From: Clostridia bacterium
GTDB taxonomy: Bacteria; Bacillota; Clostridia; UMGS1810
Direction of reading: 5' to 3'
Assembly (NCBI GenBank): GCA_045538875.1
Contig: JAZQEG010000003.1
Location: 19 to 64,018, forward strand
Length of the DNA stretch: 64,000 nucleotides
Shown here: positions 10,379 through 19,375 of the stretch, piece by piece
How positions within the stretch are numbered: the first letter of the stretch is position 1
Layout: every line of letters begins with the position of its first letter
The notes under the pieces: model-generated
What the model saw: the letters and a program-made list of their open reading frames with translations, nothing else
Told to the model about the DNA's origin: nothing
Database searches by the model: none
Program-made: the position numbers and the translations under genes

Positions 10379-10384
10379 CAATTT

Positions 10385-11659
10385 TTATTCTTCGAGAAAA
10401 CGAATTGTGGCGCTTTTTGCATGCGCCTCAAGCCCTTCGCTGCGCGCAAAATATGCAATTTTGTCTGCCACCTTGCAAAGCGCATCCTGCGAATAATATG
10501 TGTACTGCATTTTTTTAACAAAATCATCTACCGAAAGCGGACTTGCAAACCTTGCCGTGCCGCTTGTAGGCAGTGTGTGATTTGCACCCGAAAAATAATC
10601 TCCCAAAGCCTCAGGGCAGTTTTTGCCCATAAACACCGAGCCTGCATTGGTCACCATTCCAAGCAGCTCAAACGGATTGTCTACACACAGCTCAAGGTGC
10701 TCGGGGGCAATCTCATTTGAAATATCTATTGCCTGCTTTATGCTGTCTACTATAATAATTTTGCCGTAGTTGTCGATAGATGCTCTTGCAATTTCGCATC
10801 TTGGCAAAAGCGGAATTTGTATTTCGAGCTGCTCGCTTACCTTTTTGGCAAGCTCGTTGCTGTCGGTTACAAGCACTGCGCTTGCCATTTTGTCGTGTTC
10901 TGCCTGCGAAAGCATATCTGCTGCCACAAATGAAGGGTTGCTTGTGGCATCTGCCACAATAAGAATTTCGCTTGGGCCTGCAATCATATCTATTGCAACT
11001 GTGCCAAAAACCTGTCTTTTTGCCTCTGCAACATATGCGTTGCCCGGGCCTACTATTTTGTCTACCTTTGGTATGGATTGTGTCCCATAGGCAAGGGCTG
11101 CAACAGCTTGCGCACCGCCTGCTTTAAAAATTTTGTCAACGCCTGCAATTTTTGCAGCTACAAGTATTACAGGGTTAATGTGCCCGCCTGTTGCAGGGGT
11201 TGTCATATATATGTTTTTAACACCTGCAATTTTTGCAGGGATGCAGTTCATAAGCACGCTCGACGGATATGCCGCAGTGCCGCCAGGCACATAAAGCCCA
11301 ACCTTTTCGAGCGGCATAATTTTTTGCCCTGTTACTATGCCGCTTGAGTCGTTTTGAATAAAGCCTTGGCGCAGCTGATTGCGGTGGAATTTTTCGATAT
11401 TTTGTGCCGCCTCTTTTATTACTTCAACAAGTTTTTTGTTGGCACATTCAAATGCTTTGTCAATCTCTTGCTTTGTAACCTCAAGGCTTGTTATATCGGC
11501 ATTGTCAAATTTTTTGCCGTATTCTATGAGTGCCTCATCGCCGCGTGCGCGTACATCATCAATTATTGCAGTAACTGTATCTGAAACATTTACTGTATCG
11601 GCAACACGCAAAAATATTTCGTTAGCAGTTGTATCTAAATAATTAAGTATTTTAATCAT
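10385..11659 (-). CDS. hisD: Histidinol dehydrogenase
   Basis: 424 aa. HisD motifs GGAQAVAALAYGT, SQAEHD and GDY.SG.NH.LPT. Confidence 0.93.
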   Translation of the reverse strand: MIKILNYLDTTANEIFLRVADTVNVSDTVTAIIDDVRARGDEALIEYGKKFDNADITSLEVTKQEIDKAFECANKKLVEVIKEAAQNIEKFHRNQLRQGFIQNDSSGIVTGQKIMPLEKVGLYVPGGTAAYPSSVLMNCIPAKIAGVKNIYMTTPATGGHINPVILVAAKIAGVDKIFKAGGAQAVAALAYGTQSIPKVDKIVGPGNAYVAEAKRQVFGTVAIDMIAGPSEILIVADATSNPSFVAADMLSQAEHDKMASAVLVTDSNELAKKVSEQLEIQIPLLPRCEIARASIDNYGKIIIVDSIKQAIDISNEIAPEHLELCVDNPFELLGMVTNAGSVFMGKNCPEALGDYFSGANHTLPTSGTARFASPLSVDDFVKKMQYTYYSQDALCKVADKIAYFARSEGLEAHAKSATIRFLEE

Positions 11660-12291
11660 CGCAAGTTCCTTTCATCCAGTTGCTCTTTTATAGCATCACG
11701 AATTTTTTCTATTTGTGCATTTTTAAATTTAAAGCTTGATTTGTTTGCAATAAGGCGTGCGCTTATTTCCACAATTGTATCAAAAACCACAAGATCATTT
11801 TCCTTTAAGGTAGTGCCTGTTTCAACAATATCAACTATAACATCAGAAAGATTAAGTATGGGAGCAATTTCTATTGAGCCGTTAAGCTTAATTATATCAA
11901 TATCACGCCCTTTTGACGAATAGTGAGCTTTTGCAATGTTAGGAAATTTTGTGGCCACTTTAAGTGCTTTTTGTGTGTTGTCACGAAAATCCTTTTTTGC
12001 AGCAACTGCCATTTTGCACTTGCCTATGCCAAAATCAACAAGCTCATAAATGTCGGGGGAGTATTCGAGCAAAATATCCTTGCCTGCAACACCTATGTCT
12101 GCCGCGCCGCGCTCAACATAAATTGCAACATCGGAAGGCTTTACCCAAAAATATCTTATGCCAAGCTCTGCGTTTTCAAATATGAGCTTTCGGTTGTTTT
12201 GGTGTATAGAGGGGCAGGTGTAACCTGCATTTTCAAACATTTCGAGCACTTTGTTTCCAAGTCTGCCTTTTGGCAGTGCTATATTTATCAT
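11656..12291 (-). CDS. hisG: ATP phosphoribosyltransferase, short (HisZ-dependent) form
   Basis: 211 aa. MINIALPKGRL and DIVETGTTLKEN. Lacks the C-terminal regulatory domain, consistent with the adjacent hisZ. Confidence 0.92.
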   Translation of the reverse strand: MINIALPKGRLGNKVLEMFENAGYTCPSIHQNNRKLIFENAELGIRYFWVKPSDVAIYVERGAADIGVAGKDILLEYSPDIYELVDFGIGKCKMAVAAKKDFRDNTQKALKVATKFPNIAKAHYSSKGRDIDIIKLNGSIEIAPILNLSDVIVDIVETGTTLKENDLVVFDTIVEISARLIANKSSFKFKNAQIEKIRDAIKEQLDERNLR

Positions 12292-13364
12292 TGCTCTGCC
12301 TCCTTTATATGCAATTTGTATTTAAAGTCATCGGGTATTTGCTTGCACACCAGCACCTTCATGCCGCTGTTTGTAAGCTCTTTTGCTTTTGCTGCAAGAA
12401 AGGCAGGGTCGGTTGCATCGCTGTATGTAATAATTACATCTGCGTCGTATTTTTCGCCATTTGTGTTAAGCTGTTTTAATACATCGTGATACACCGCAAA
12501 GCCAATTGCTCTTGATTTTTTACCCATTTTGTTCATAAGCTTGTCGTACTGACCGCCTGAGAGTACTATGCTTGGCACTCCTGCAATATACCCTTGCAAA
12601 ACAATGCCGTTGTAATAGTTAAGGTCACTAGTAACCGAAAAATCAAGGTGTATTTTGTCAAAGCTTTCCAGCCCCGACAAAATGCTTTTTATTTGCTTTA
12701 ATTGCTCAATTACACTGTTTGTATCTTGGTTTACATTTATTTTTTCAAGTGCGGCAATAACAGTATCAAAATCCCCGTAGGCATTAATCATATCTGCAAG
12801 CAAGCTTGCTTTTTCGCCAAGGAGGTCATATATTTCGTGGGTATTTTTTTCGCCGATGCATTTTATAACCTTGTCTTTGTTGCTGCTGTCAACATTGAGG
12901 TAATCAAGCAGAGCCGCTACAAAACCCATATGCGAAATATCAAGCAAAAAGTCTTCACCTGTAAGCTTGAGGCTACCGAGCGCAAGCATTATTACCTCGC
13001 AAATGTTATATGTGTCTACATCGCCTATACACTCAAGCCCTGTTTGCATTATTTCCTTAAAATCGTTGCCCTCAGATGCTCTGTAAACATTTTCGTTGTA
13101 ATAAAGCTTTGTAATGCCATTTGGGTTGTCGGCAGTGTTTTTTATTATGGAAAATGTAACATCGGGCTTTAATGCCATAAGCTTGCCGCCCATACCAGTA
13201 AAGGTAATAATATTATCCGAAACCAAAAAGTCCTTGTTTTTTACATAAAGGTCGTATTCTTCAAATTTGCTCATACGGAATTGCCTGTAGCCATATTGCT
13301 CATAGAGAGAGCGCATATTGTAAACGCATTTTTCGTCGTTGCGTAAAGTGTTGTTAAAATCCAT
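12288..13364 (-). CDS. hisZ: ATP phosphoribosyltransferase regulatory subunit (HisRS paralog)
   Basis: 358 aa. Class-II aaRS-like core without an anticodon-binding domain. 4-nt overlap with hisG. Confidence 0.88.
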   Translation of the reverse strand: MDFNNTLRNDEKCVYNMRSLYEQYGYRQFRMSKFEEYDLYVKNKDFLVSDNIITFTGMGGKLMALKPDVTFSIIKNTADNPNGITKLYYNENVYRASEGNDFKEIMQTGLECIGDVDTYNICEVIMLALGSLKLTGEDFLLDISHMGFVAALLDYLNVDSSNKDKVIKCIGEKNTHEIYDLLGEKASLLADMINAYGDFDTVIAALEKINVNQDTNSVIEQLKQIKSILSGLESFDKIHLDFSVTSDLNYYNGIVLQGYIAGVPSIVLSGGQYDKLMNKMGKKSRAIGFAVYHDVLKQLNTNGEKYDADVIITYSDATDPAFLAAKAKELTNSGMKVLVCKQIPDDFKYKLHIKEAEQ

Positions 13365-13373
13365 AGCTTTTCC

Positions 13374-13670
13374 TCATTTCTTTTCTCGGTCTATTGCAAT
13401 TTTATAGCCGCCGCTGCCGTAATTGAGGCATCTGTTAACTCTGCTTATGGTAGCAGTTGATGCACCCGTTTTTGAGGCAATTTCGGTATACACCTTACCC
13501 TCAGACAGCATAACTGCAACTTCATATCGCTGCGAAATATCCATAAGCTCTTTTATAGTGCATATGTCGTCAAAAAACTTTTCGCATTCTGCCGTTGTTT
13601 TAAGTGAGAGCAGCGCCTCAAAAAATTTGGTTACTCTTTGTGTGTTTTCTGTTTTCATAATCTTCACCAT
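13374..13670 (-). CDS. yerC: YerC/YecD TrpR-like regulator, first gene of the his operon (predicted HisR)
   Basis: 98 aa. Motifs ECEKFFDDICT..EL, QR..V, GASTATISRVNRCLNYG and GGY are hallmarks of the YerC/YecD family. Confidence 0.85.
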   Translation of the reverse strand: MVKIMKTENTQRVTKFFEALLSLKTTAECEKFFDDICTIKELMDISQRYEVAVMLSEGKVYTEIASKTGASTATISRVNRCLNYGSGGYKIAIDREKK

Positions 13671-13742
13671 TCCGTTATTTCATATATTTATATGTTAATT
13701 TTTGTTTGCATAAATTTAAAGCAACATTGTCATTACTTTAAT

Positions 13743-13771
13743 ATATTAACACTTTATTGCGCTAAAGTCAA
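13743..13771 (-). promoter_or_regulatory. Sigma-A-type promoter of the his operon, with an embedded inverted repeat as candidate operator
   Basis: On the minus strand: TTGACT, 17-nt spacer, TAATAT. The spacer contains ACTTTA-N6-TAAAGT at plus-strand coordinates 13751-13768. Confidence 0.55.
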
Positions 13772-13896
13772 TAGCAAATACGCATTTTGTTAATTTGCTA
13801 CATATTATTAAAACAAATTGCATTAAAATTTGAGCACCAGTGAGTAAACCTTACAATAAAATTGTTAAAATTGTAACAAAAATTATAGGTTGGGTG

Positions 13897-13925
13897 TTGA
13901 CTAATGGGGGTTTTTGGAATATAAT
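13897..13925 (+). promoter_or_regulatory. Sigma-A-type promoter for serC-serA
   Basis: TTGACT, 17-nt spacer, TATAAT, located 42 nt upstream of the serC ATG. Confidence 0.65.
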
Positions 13926-13966
13926 AAAGTTAAATTTTTATATATTATTATATGGAGGAATAGATT

Positions 13967-15049
13967 ATGAAAAGAGTTTATAATTTTTCAGCAGGACCAT
14001 CAGTGCTCCCGCTCCCTGTACTTCAAAAGGCACAGGCTGAACTTGTATCATATGGCGATGCAGGTATGTCAGTTATGGAGATGAGCCACAGATCCTCCTC
14101 ATATCAGGCAATTATTGATGAATGTGAAGCACTTTTGCGTGAGCTTATGGGTATTGGCGACAATTACAAAGTTTTGTTTTTGCAGGGCGGTGCGTCAAGC
14201 CAGTTTGCAATGATTCCGCTCAACCTTTTTAACAAAAGCAAAAAGGCAGATTATATTCTTACAGGCCTTTGGGCCAAAAAAGCATCTAAGGAAGCTGCAA
14301 GATACGGTGATGTTAAAATTGTTGCTTCATCTGAAGATAAAGTATTTAACTATATACCAAAATTTGAAAAATCAGATTTTACTCCTGATGCAGATTATGT
14401 ACATATCACTCATAACAACACAATTTACGGCACAAGATTTGCAAGCATCCCCGACACAGGCGATGTCCCTCTTGTTGCAGATATGTCATCATCAATTTTA
14501 AGTCAGCAAATTGATGTTAACAAATTTGGCATCATTTATGCAGGCGCACAAAAAAATATGGGCCCTGCAGGTCTTACAGTTGTTATTATAAGAGAGGACC
14601 TCATCGGCAAGGCAGTAGATTTTTGCCCTACAATGTTTGATTATAAAACCCATTCCGAAAACGGCTCTATGTTTAACACACCTCCTACATATGCAATTTA
14701 CATTTGCAAGCTGGTGTGCGAATGGGTAAAACAAAACGGCGGTGTTGCTGCTATGCAAAAGATTAATGAAAAAAAGGCAGCCCTTTTATATGACTTCCTT
14801 GACAATTCAAAAATGTTTTCGGCAACGGTTACAAACAAAGAGGACCGCTCTCTTATGAACATTCCGTTTGTTACTGCAAGCGATGAGCTTAATGCAAAAT
14901 TTATTAAAGAGGCAACTGAGGCAGGTTTTGTCAACCTTAAAGGTCACCGCAGTGTTGGCGGTATGAGAGCAAGCATTTACAACGCTATGCCTGTTGAAGG
15001 TGTAGAAGCACTTGTTCAATTTATGAAAAAGTTTGAAGCACAAAATTAA
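13967..15049 (+). CDS. serC: Phosphoserine aminotransferase
   Basis: 360 aa. MKRVYNFSAGPSVLP and the PLP-lysine context YAGAQKNMGPAG. Confidence 0.93.
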   Translation: MKRVYNFSAGPSVLPLPVLQKAQAELVSYGDAGMSVMEMSHRSSSYQAIIDECEALLRELMGIGDNYKVLFLQGGASSQFAMIPLNLFNKSKKADYILTGLWAKKASKEAARYGDVKIVASSEDKVFNYIPKFEKSDFTPDADYVHITHNNTIYGTRFASIPDTGDVPLVADMSSSILSQQIDVNKFGIIYAGAQKNMGPAGLTVVIIREDLIGKAVDFCPTMFDYKTHSENGSMFNTPPTYAIYICKLVCEWVKQNGGVAAMQKINEKKAALLYDFLDNSKMFSATVTNKEDRSLMNIPFVTASDELNAKFIKEATEAGFVNLKGHRSVGGMRASIYNAMPVEGVEALVQFMKKFEAQN

Positions 15050-15063
15050 AGGAGTATTGTTAT

Positions 15064-16233
15064 ATGTTTGAAATTTTAACATTAAATAAAATAGCAAAAT
15101 GCGGTACCGACCGCCTTGACAACGATATGTTTCACGTTAGTGACGATTGCCCAAACCCCGACGGTATAATACTTCGCAGCTTTAATATGCACGATATGGA
15201 GCTGCCCGATTCGCTCCTTGCAGTTTCAAGAGCCGGCGCAGGTGTAAACAATATCCCAATTGATGCATGCAGCCAAAAGGGTATAGTTGTATTTAACACT
15301 CCTGGTGCAAATGCAAACGCAGTTGCAGAACTTGTTATGGCAGGGCTTCTTTTGTCATCACGTAAGGTTGTTGCAGGTATCGAATGGGCAAAAACCTTAA
15401 AGGGTGAAGGCGACGCAGTTGGCAAGCTTGTTGAAAAAGGCAAGGGAGCTTTTGTAGGCCCCGAAATCAAAGGCAAAAAGCTTGGTGTTATAGGCCTTGG
15501 CGCAATTGGTGCACTTGTGGCAAATCAGGCTGTTGCGCTTGGTATGGATGTAGAGGGCTACGATCCATTTATTTCGGTAGATGCAGCGTGGAAGCTTTCG
15601 CGCCACATCAAAAAGAGTTCAGACCTTAAAATGATGGTACCAAGGTGTGACTATATTACAATACATATGCCTCTTACCGATTCTACAAAGCATATTATCA
15701 ATGACGAAATATTTGATTGTATGAGTGAAGGCACACGTCTACTTAACTTTGCAAGAGGCGAGCTTGTAGATACAGATGCCCTTAAACGCGCTATTGACAG
15801 CGGTAAAATTGCATGCTATGTTACCGACTTCCCAAGTGAAGCAACTCTGGGTATGGATAATTGTATCAACATTCCTCACCTCGGTGCATCCACTCCCGAA
15901 TCGGAGGACAACTGTGCAGTGATGGCAGCTGATGAAATTAAAGATTTTATTTTGCACGGTAACATTAAAAACTCTGTTAACTTCCCTAATTGTGAGCTCC
16001 CTGTTGAAAGCAAATACAGAGTAACAATTGCACACAAAAATGTGCCTAATATGCTCAGTAACTTCTCAAGCCTTTTTGCCGAAGAAAATATAAACATTAT
16101 TAATATGATTAACAAAAGCAAAAAGGATTATGCTTACACACTTGTAGATGTAGATTCTGTTCCTTCAGATTTGGTTGAAAGACTTTATTCAATTGAGGGT
16201 GTTTGCAAGGTAAGAGTTATTGAAGAGTATTAA
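15064..16233 (+). CDS. serA: D-3-phosphoglycerate dehydrogenase (with C-terminal ACT-like domain)
   Basis: 389 aa. NAD motif GVIGLGAIGALVA, D-2-hydroxyacid dehydrogenase catalytic region (NFARGELVD...PHLGAST), and an ACT-like tail. Confidence 0.9.
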   Translation: MFEILTLNKIAKCGTDRLDNDMFHVSDDCPNPDGIILRSFNMHDMELPDSLLAVSRAGAGVNNIPIDACSQKGIVVFNTPGANANAVAELVMAGLLLSSRKVVAGIEWAKTLKGEGDAVGKLVEKGKGAFVGPEIKGKKLGVIGLGAIGALVANQAVALGMDVEGYDPFISVDAAWKLSRHIKKSSDLKMMVPRCDYITIHMPLTDSTKHIINDEIFDCMSEGTRLLNFARGELVDTDALKRAIDSGKIACYVTDFPSEATLGMDNCINIPHLGASTPESEDNCAVMAADEIKDFILHGNIKNSVNFPNCELPVESKYRVTIAHKNVPNMLSNFSSLFAEENINIINMINKSKKDYAYTLVDVDSVPSDLVERLYSIEGVCKVRVIEEY

Positions 16234-16267
16234 TAACATATAAATTGGCTACAAACCAAGTATTTTT

Positions 16268-16300
16268 AAAGCACCCGCCTTTTAGCGGGTGCTTTTGTTG
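16268..16300 (+). terminator. Rho-independent terminator after serA
   Basis: GCACCCGC-CTTTTA-GCGGGTGC followed by TTTTGTTG. Confidence 0.8.
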
Positions 16301-16350
16301 ACTTTTTATATATTATTAATTATAATTAATTTATACGGAGGTGCATACAT

Positions 16351-16929
16351 ATGACAAATAAAGAATTGATATATATTATTGCAATGGGTGCAATAGTCGT
16401 TTATGCAATGATTCTTACCATAATACTTGCTCATATGAGCAAAAAGGTTACAAAGTCGCACAATGTACTTGAGCAAAAAATTCAACAAAATTGCGAAAAT
16501 ATACAAAACACCGACAAAAAAATTGACAAAAGCATTGCCGATGTGGATGACAAGCTAAAGCAGGAGAGGGAAAATAATCAAAAGCAAATAAGTGAAATTT
16601 TTGACAATGCACTTACTGCAACAAGTATGCTTGTAGACGAAAAAACAAAAAATCTGTCTAGCAAAATGGAAGATATATCTCTTCGCCTCAATATAATGGA
16701 TTCTACTGTAAAAAATATAGAACGCGAAAAAGCTATGATTCATTCACTTTTAACAGATGGAGATGAACCTGTAGAGGTTCAGTACCATGATGTACCTCAA
16801 GACAGCTTTTTTAACAACGCCCGCAAAATAATGCAAAACGCTGCAAAAACAGGCAGTGATTTTGTAAACAACCTTAAAAATAATATACCCGATATTGCAA
16901 AAACAGCAATTAAAATAATTAAAAAGTAA
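16351..16929 (+). CDS. Membrane-anchored coiled-coil protein, unknown function
   Basis: 192 aa. One N-terminal TM helix (IYIIAMGAIVVYAMILTIILA), then K/E/Q-rich heptad-like sequence. RBS GGAGGTG upstream. Confidence 0.6.
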   Translation: MTNKELIYIIAMGAIVVYAMILTIILAHMSKKVTKSHNVLEQKIQQNCENIQNTDKKIDKSIADVDDKLKQERENNQKQISEIFDNALTATSMLVDEKTKNLSSKMEDISLRLNIMDSTVKNIEREKAMIHSLLTDGDEPVEVQYHDVPQDSFFNNARKIMQNAAKTGSDFVNNLKNNIPDIAKTAIKIIKK

Positions 16930-17001
16930 AAAACACAGGCAAATTTTTCAAACGCAAAATGCCCTCTTCAAAAGTTCGAGCCCCTTTTATTGTATGCAAA
17001 T

Positions 17002-17039
17002 AAAAAAAGCACCTGCCTATCGGCAAGTGCTTTTTTATT
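17002..17039. terminator. Bidirectional terminator between the 16351-16929 gene and tRNA-Asp
   Basis: An A-run, then stem GCACCTGCC / GGCAAGTGC, then a T-run. Confidence 0.75.
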
Positions 17040-17116
17040 TGGCGACCGAGAAGGGGCTCGAACCCTCGACCTCCAGCGTGACAGGCTGGCATTCTAACCA
17101 ACTGAACTACTCGGCC
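17040..17116 (-). tRNA. trnD: tRNA-Asp (anticodon GTC)
   Basis: Reverse complement is GGCCGAGTAGTTCAGTTGGTTAGAATGCCAGCCTGTCACGCTGGAGGTCGAGGGTTCGAGCCCCTTCTCGGTCGCCA. Acceptor GGCCGAG/CTCGGTC, anticodon loop CT-GTC-AC, T-loop TTCGAGC, encoded CCA. Confidence 0.95.
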
Positions 17117-17130
17117 AAACAACATAAACA

Positions 17131-17160
17131 ATTTTAGCATATATATTTGTTGTTTGTCAA
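17131..17160 (-). promoter_or_regulatory. Promoter for tRNA-Asp
   Basis: On the minus strand: TTGACA, 18-nt spacer, TAAAAT with an upstream TG (extended -10). The -10 element ends 15 nt before the tRNA 5' end. Confidence 0.6.
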
Positions 17161-17306
17161 TGTTTTTTAATAAAATAATTATATTTTGTGAATTTTGGAT
17201 ATAACAATATATGTATAATAATATGCGTACAAACATATTGATAAATTAAAAAAATTGTGATATTCTTTAGTTAACAAAAGCACTAAATTAAGAAAGGGTG
17301 TTTGAT

Positions 17307-18107
17307 ATGGGATTTTTAAAAGGTAAAACGGCAATTATTACAGGCGCAGGCAGAGCGGTGCTGAGTGACGGACGCTGTGGCTCTATAGGCTACGGTATTG
17401 CAACCGCATATGCAAAAGAGGGTGCAAACCTTGTAATCACAGGCCGAAATGTACAAAAGCTCCAAGATGCCAAGGCAGAGCTTGAAAAGCAGTACGGAAT
17501 TAAAGTACTTGCAGTACCTGCAGATGTATCGGCAGGTACAGACAACGAGGCCACTGTAAACAGTGTGGTGCAAAAAGCAATTGAAGAATTTGGCAGAATA
17601 GATGTTTTAATTAACAATGCACAAGCCTCTGCATCTGGTGTATCGCTTTTTGACCATACAACAGAACAGTTTGATTTGGCTTTGTATTCGGGGCTGTATG
17701 CAACATTTTATTATATGAAAGCTTGTTATCCGTACCTTAAAGAAACTCAGGGTTCGGTTATCAACTTTGCATCGGGAGCAGGGCTTTTTGGCAACTATGG
17801 TCAGTGCGCATATGCTGCTGCTAAGGAAGGCATACGCGGCCTTTCGCGTGTTGCAGCAACTGAGTGGGGCAAAGATAACATCAATGTAAACATTGTGTGC
17901 CCTATAGCGTGGACCGCACAGCTTGAAAACTTTAAAAATGCATACCCCGAAGCTTTTGAAAAAAATGTAAAAATGCCTCCAATGGGGCACTATGCCGACC
18001 CCGAAACAGAAATTGGCAGAGCTTGCGTTCAACTTGCAAACCCCGACTTTAAGTATATGTCGGGCGAAACTATTACCCTTGAGGGTGGTATGGGCTTAAG
18101 ACCGTAA
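17307..18107 (+). CDS. SDR-family oxidoreductase
   Basis: 266 aa from the ATG with RBS AAGAAAGGG. Contains TGAGRAV...GIG, NNAQ and catalytic YAAAKEG. Confidence 0.85.
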   Translation: MGFLKGKTAIITGAGRAVLSDGRCGSIGYGIATAYAKEGANLVITGRNVQKLQDAKAELEKQYGIKVLAVPADVSAGTDNEATVNSVVQKAIEEFGRIDVLINNAQASASGVSLFDHTTEQFDLALYSGLYATFYYMKACYPYLKETQGSVINFASGAGLFGNYGQCAYAAAKEGIRGLSRVAATEWGKDNINVNIVCPIAWTAQLENFKNAYPEAFEKNVKMPPMGHYADPETEIGRACVQLANPDFKYMSGETITLEGGMGLRP

Positions 18108-18115
18108 ATATACCC

Positions 18116-18146
18116 AAAAATGCCTGACATACGTCAGGCATTTTTT
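18116..18146. terminator. Bidirectional terminator; the stem includes the stop codon of the pseudouridine synthase gene
   Basis: AAAAA-TGCCTGAC-ATAC-GTCAGGCA-TTTTTT. Confidence 0.8.
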
Positions 18147-19030
18147 ATTGCTGTCATTATATCTTCGGGAATAGGCGCACAAATTTCCATAAGCTCTTTT
18201 GTGTGAGGATGATAAAAACATATTTTTTGACAGTGCAAAAGAGTGCTTTTATTTTTTATATCCGAGCCGTACATATCGTCACCATATATGGGGTGTCCAA
18301 TGTATGCCATATGTACTCGCAGCTGATGGGTGCGCCCTGTTTTGGGGCGTAAGCTTACCAGTGACAAATTATCGTATTCCTCTGTTACTTGGTAATCGGT
18401 TGTTGCCTGCTTGCCGCTATCCGATACCTCGCGTAGTATCCCCGAGCCTTGTACTCTTGATATTGGTGCATCTATTGTGCCTTGTTTGTTTTTAAAAATT
18501 CCGTGGCACACCGCCACATACTGCTTTTGTATTTTAAAGCTTTGCATCTGCTTGGACAATACCGATGCCGCAAGCTGATTTTTTGCAATGAGCACAACGC
18601 CCGATGTATCTCTGTCAAGGCGTGTAATTGGGCGAAATGTAAAGCTTGTGTCTTTGTACCTATGCATTATTCCGTTTGCAAGGGTATCGCTATGATGATT
18701 TTGCGACGGGTGGGTAGGCATATTGCGTGGTTTGTTTACTGCAATAATTTCGTCATCTTCATACAGTACATCAAGGCAAATATCAACTGGTTCAATGTTT
18801 TGCGATTTACTATCTCTTATGTTGAGCGTAAGCACATCGCCGCATTTTACCACCTTGTTTACATTTTGGTGAACACCGTCAAGCAGTATTCCGTCGGGGT
18901 ATTTTTTTAGCTTTGATATAATTGCGGCAGAAATGCCGAGGTGATTGCGTATAATTGTTTTGATTGTTTTGCCGCAAAGCGTATTATCTATGTTTATTGA
19001 TATTGTTTTTGATATATCCACAATGCTCAC
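18134..19030 (-). CDS. RluA-family 23S rRNA pseudouridine synthase (RluD-like, with N-terminal S4 domain)
   Basis: 298 aa. Motifs HRLDRDTSGVVL-type (TRLDRDTSGVVLIA) and GRTHQLRVH. Confidence 0.88.
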   Translation of the reverse strand: MSIVDISKTISINIDNTLCGKTIKTIIRNHLGISAAIISKLKKYPDGILLDGVHQNVNKVVKCGDVLTLNIRDSKSQNIEPVDICLDVLYEDDEIIAVNKPRNMPTHPSQNHHSDTLANGIMHRYKDTSFTFRPITRLDRDTSGVVLIAKNQLAASVLSKQMQSFKIQKQYVAVCHGIFKNKQGTIDAPISRVQGSGILREVSDSGKQATTDYQVTEEYDNLSLVSLRPKTGRTHQLRVHMAYIGHPIYGDDMYGSDIKNKSTLLHCQKICFYHPHTKELMEICAPIPEDIMTAIKNA

Positions 19031-19238
19031 CCCGCTTTAGTTAATTATAAATTAAACCGAACCAAAAATCAACTGTAGCCTTAATAACCAGCACTGAAGA
19101 TGCCTCAAACGGTGAATTTTCGGTATTTTTTGGCTTGTCGTCCTTAAAAGGCGGTAATATTTCCGAGTATTTTAACGACGAGCGAGGCAAAATTTATATT
19201 TTAAAACCGACTTTAGTGTTGATTATTGTGGCTAACTA

Positions 19239-19267
19239 TTGCAATTTAACCAAATATGTACTATAAT
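19239..19267 (+). promoter_or_regulatory. Sigma-A-type promoter for metY-metA(-sufCB)
   Basis: TTGCAA, 17-nt spacer, TATAAT. It leaves a roughly 100-nt AT-rich leader. Confidence 0.6.
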
Positions 19268-19375
19268 AATTGATATATACCATAAATAATGAATTTAAAT
19301 ATTTTGCATTTTGCTAAAGTAAATATTGCAGGCTTGTTGCAATAATTATTCATTAAAATAGTAGGAGGTTTTACT

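Noticed and set aside
16919-17236. 105-aa minus-strand ORF
   Set aside because: It runs straight through tRNA-Asp and its terminator and promoter, so it is not coding.
19268-19375. Possible SAM riboswitch or Met T-box in the metY leader
   Set aside because: I looked for S-box cores (GAGGGA...GCAACC type), the SMK-box and the T-box AGGGTGGNACCGCG motif and found none. The roughly 100-nt leader is AT-rich with only weak pairing.
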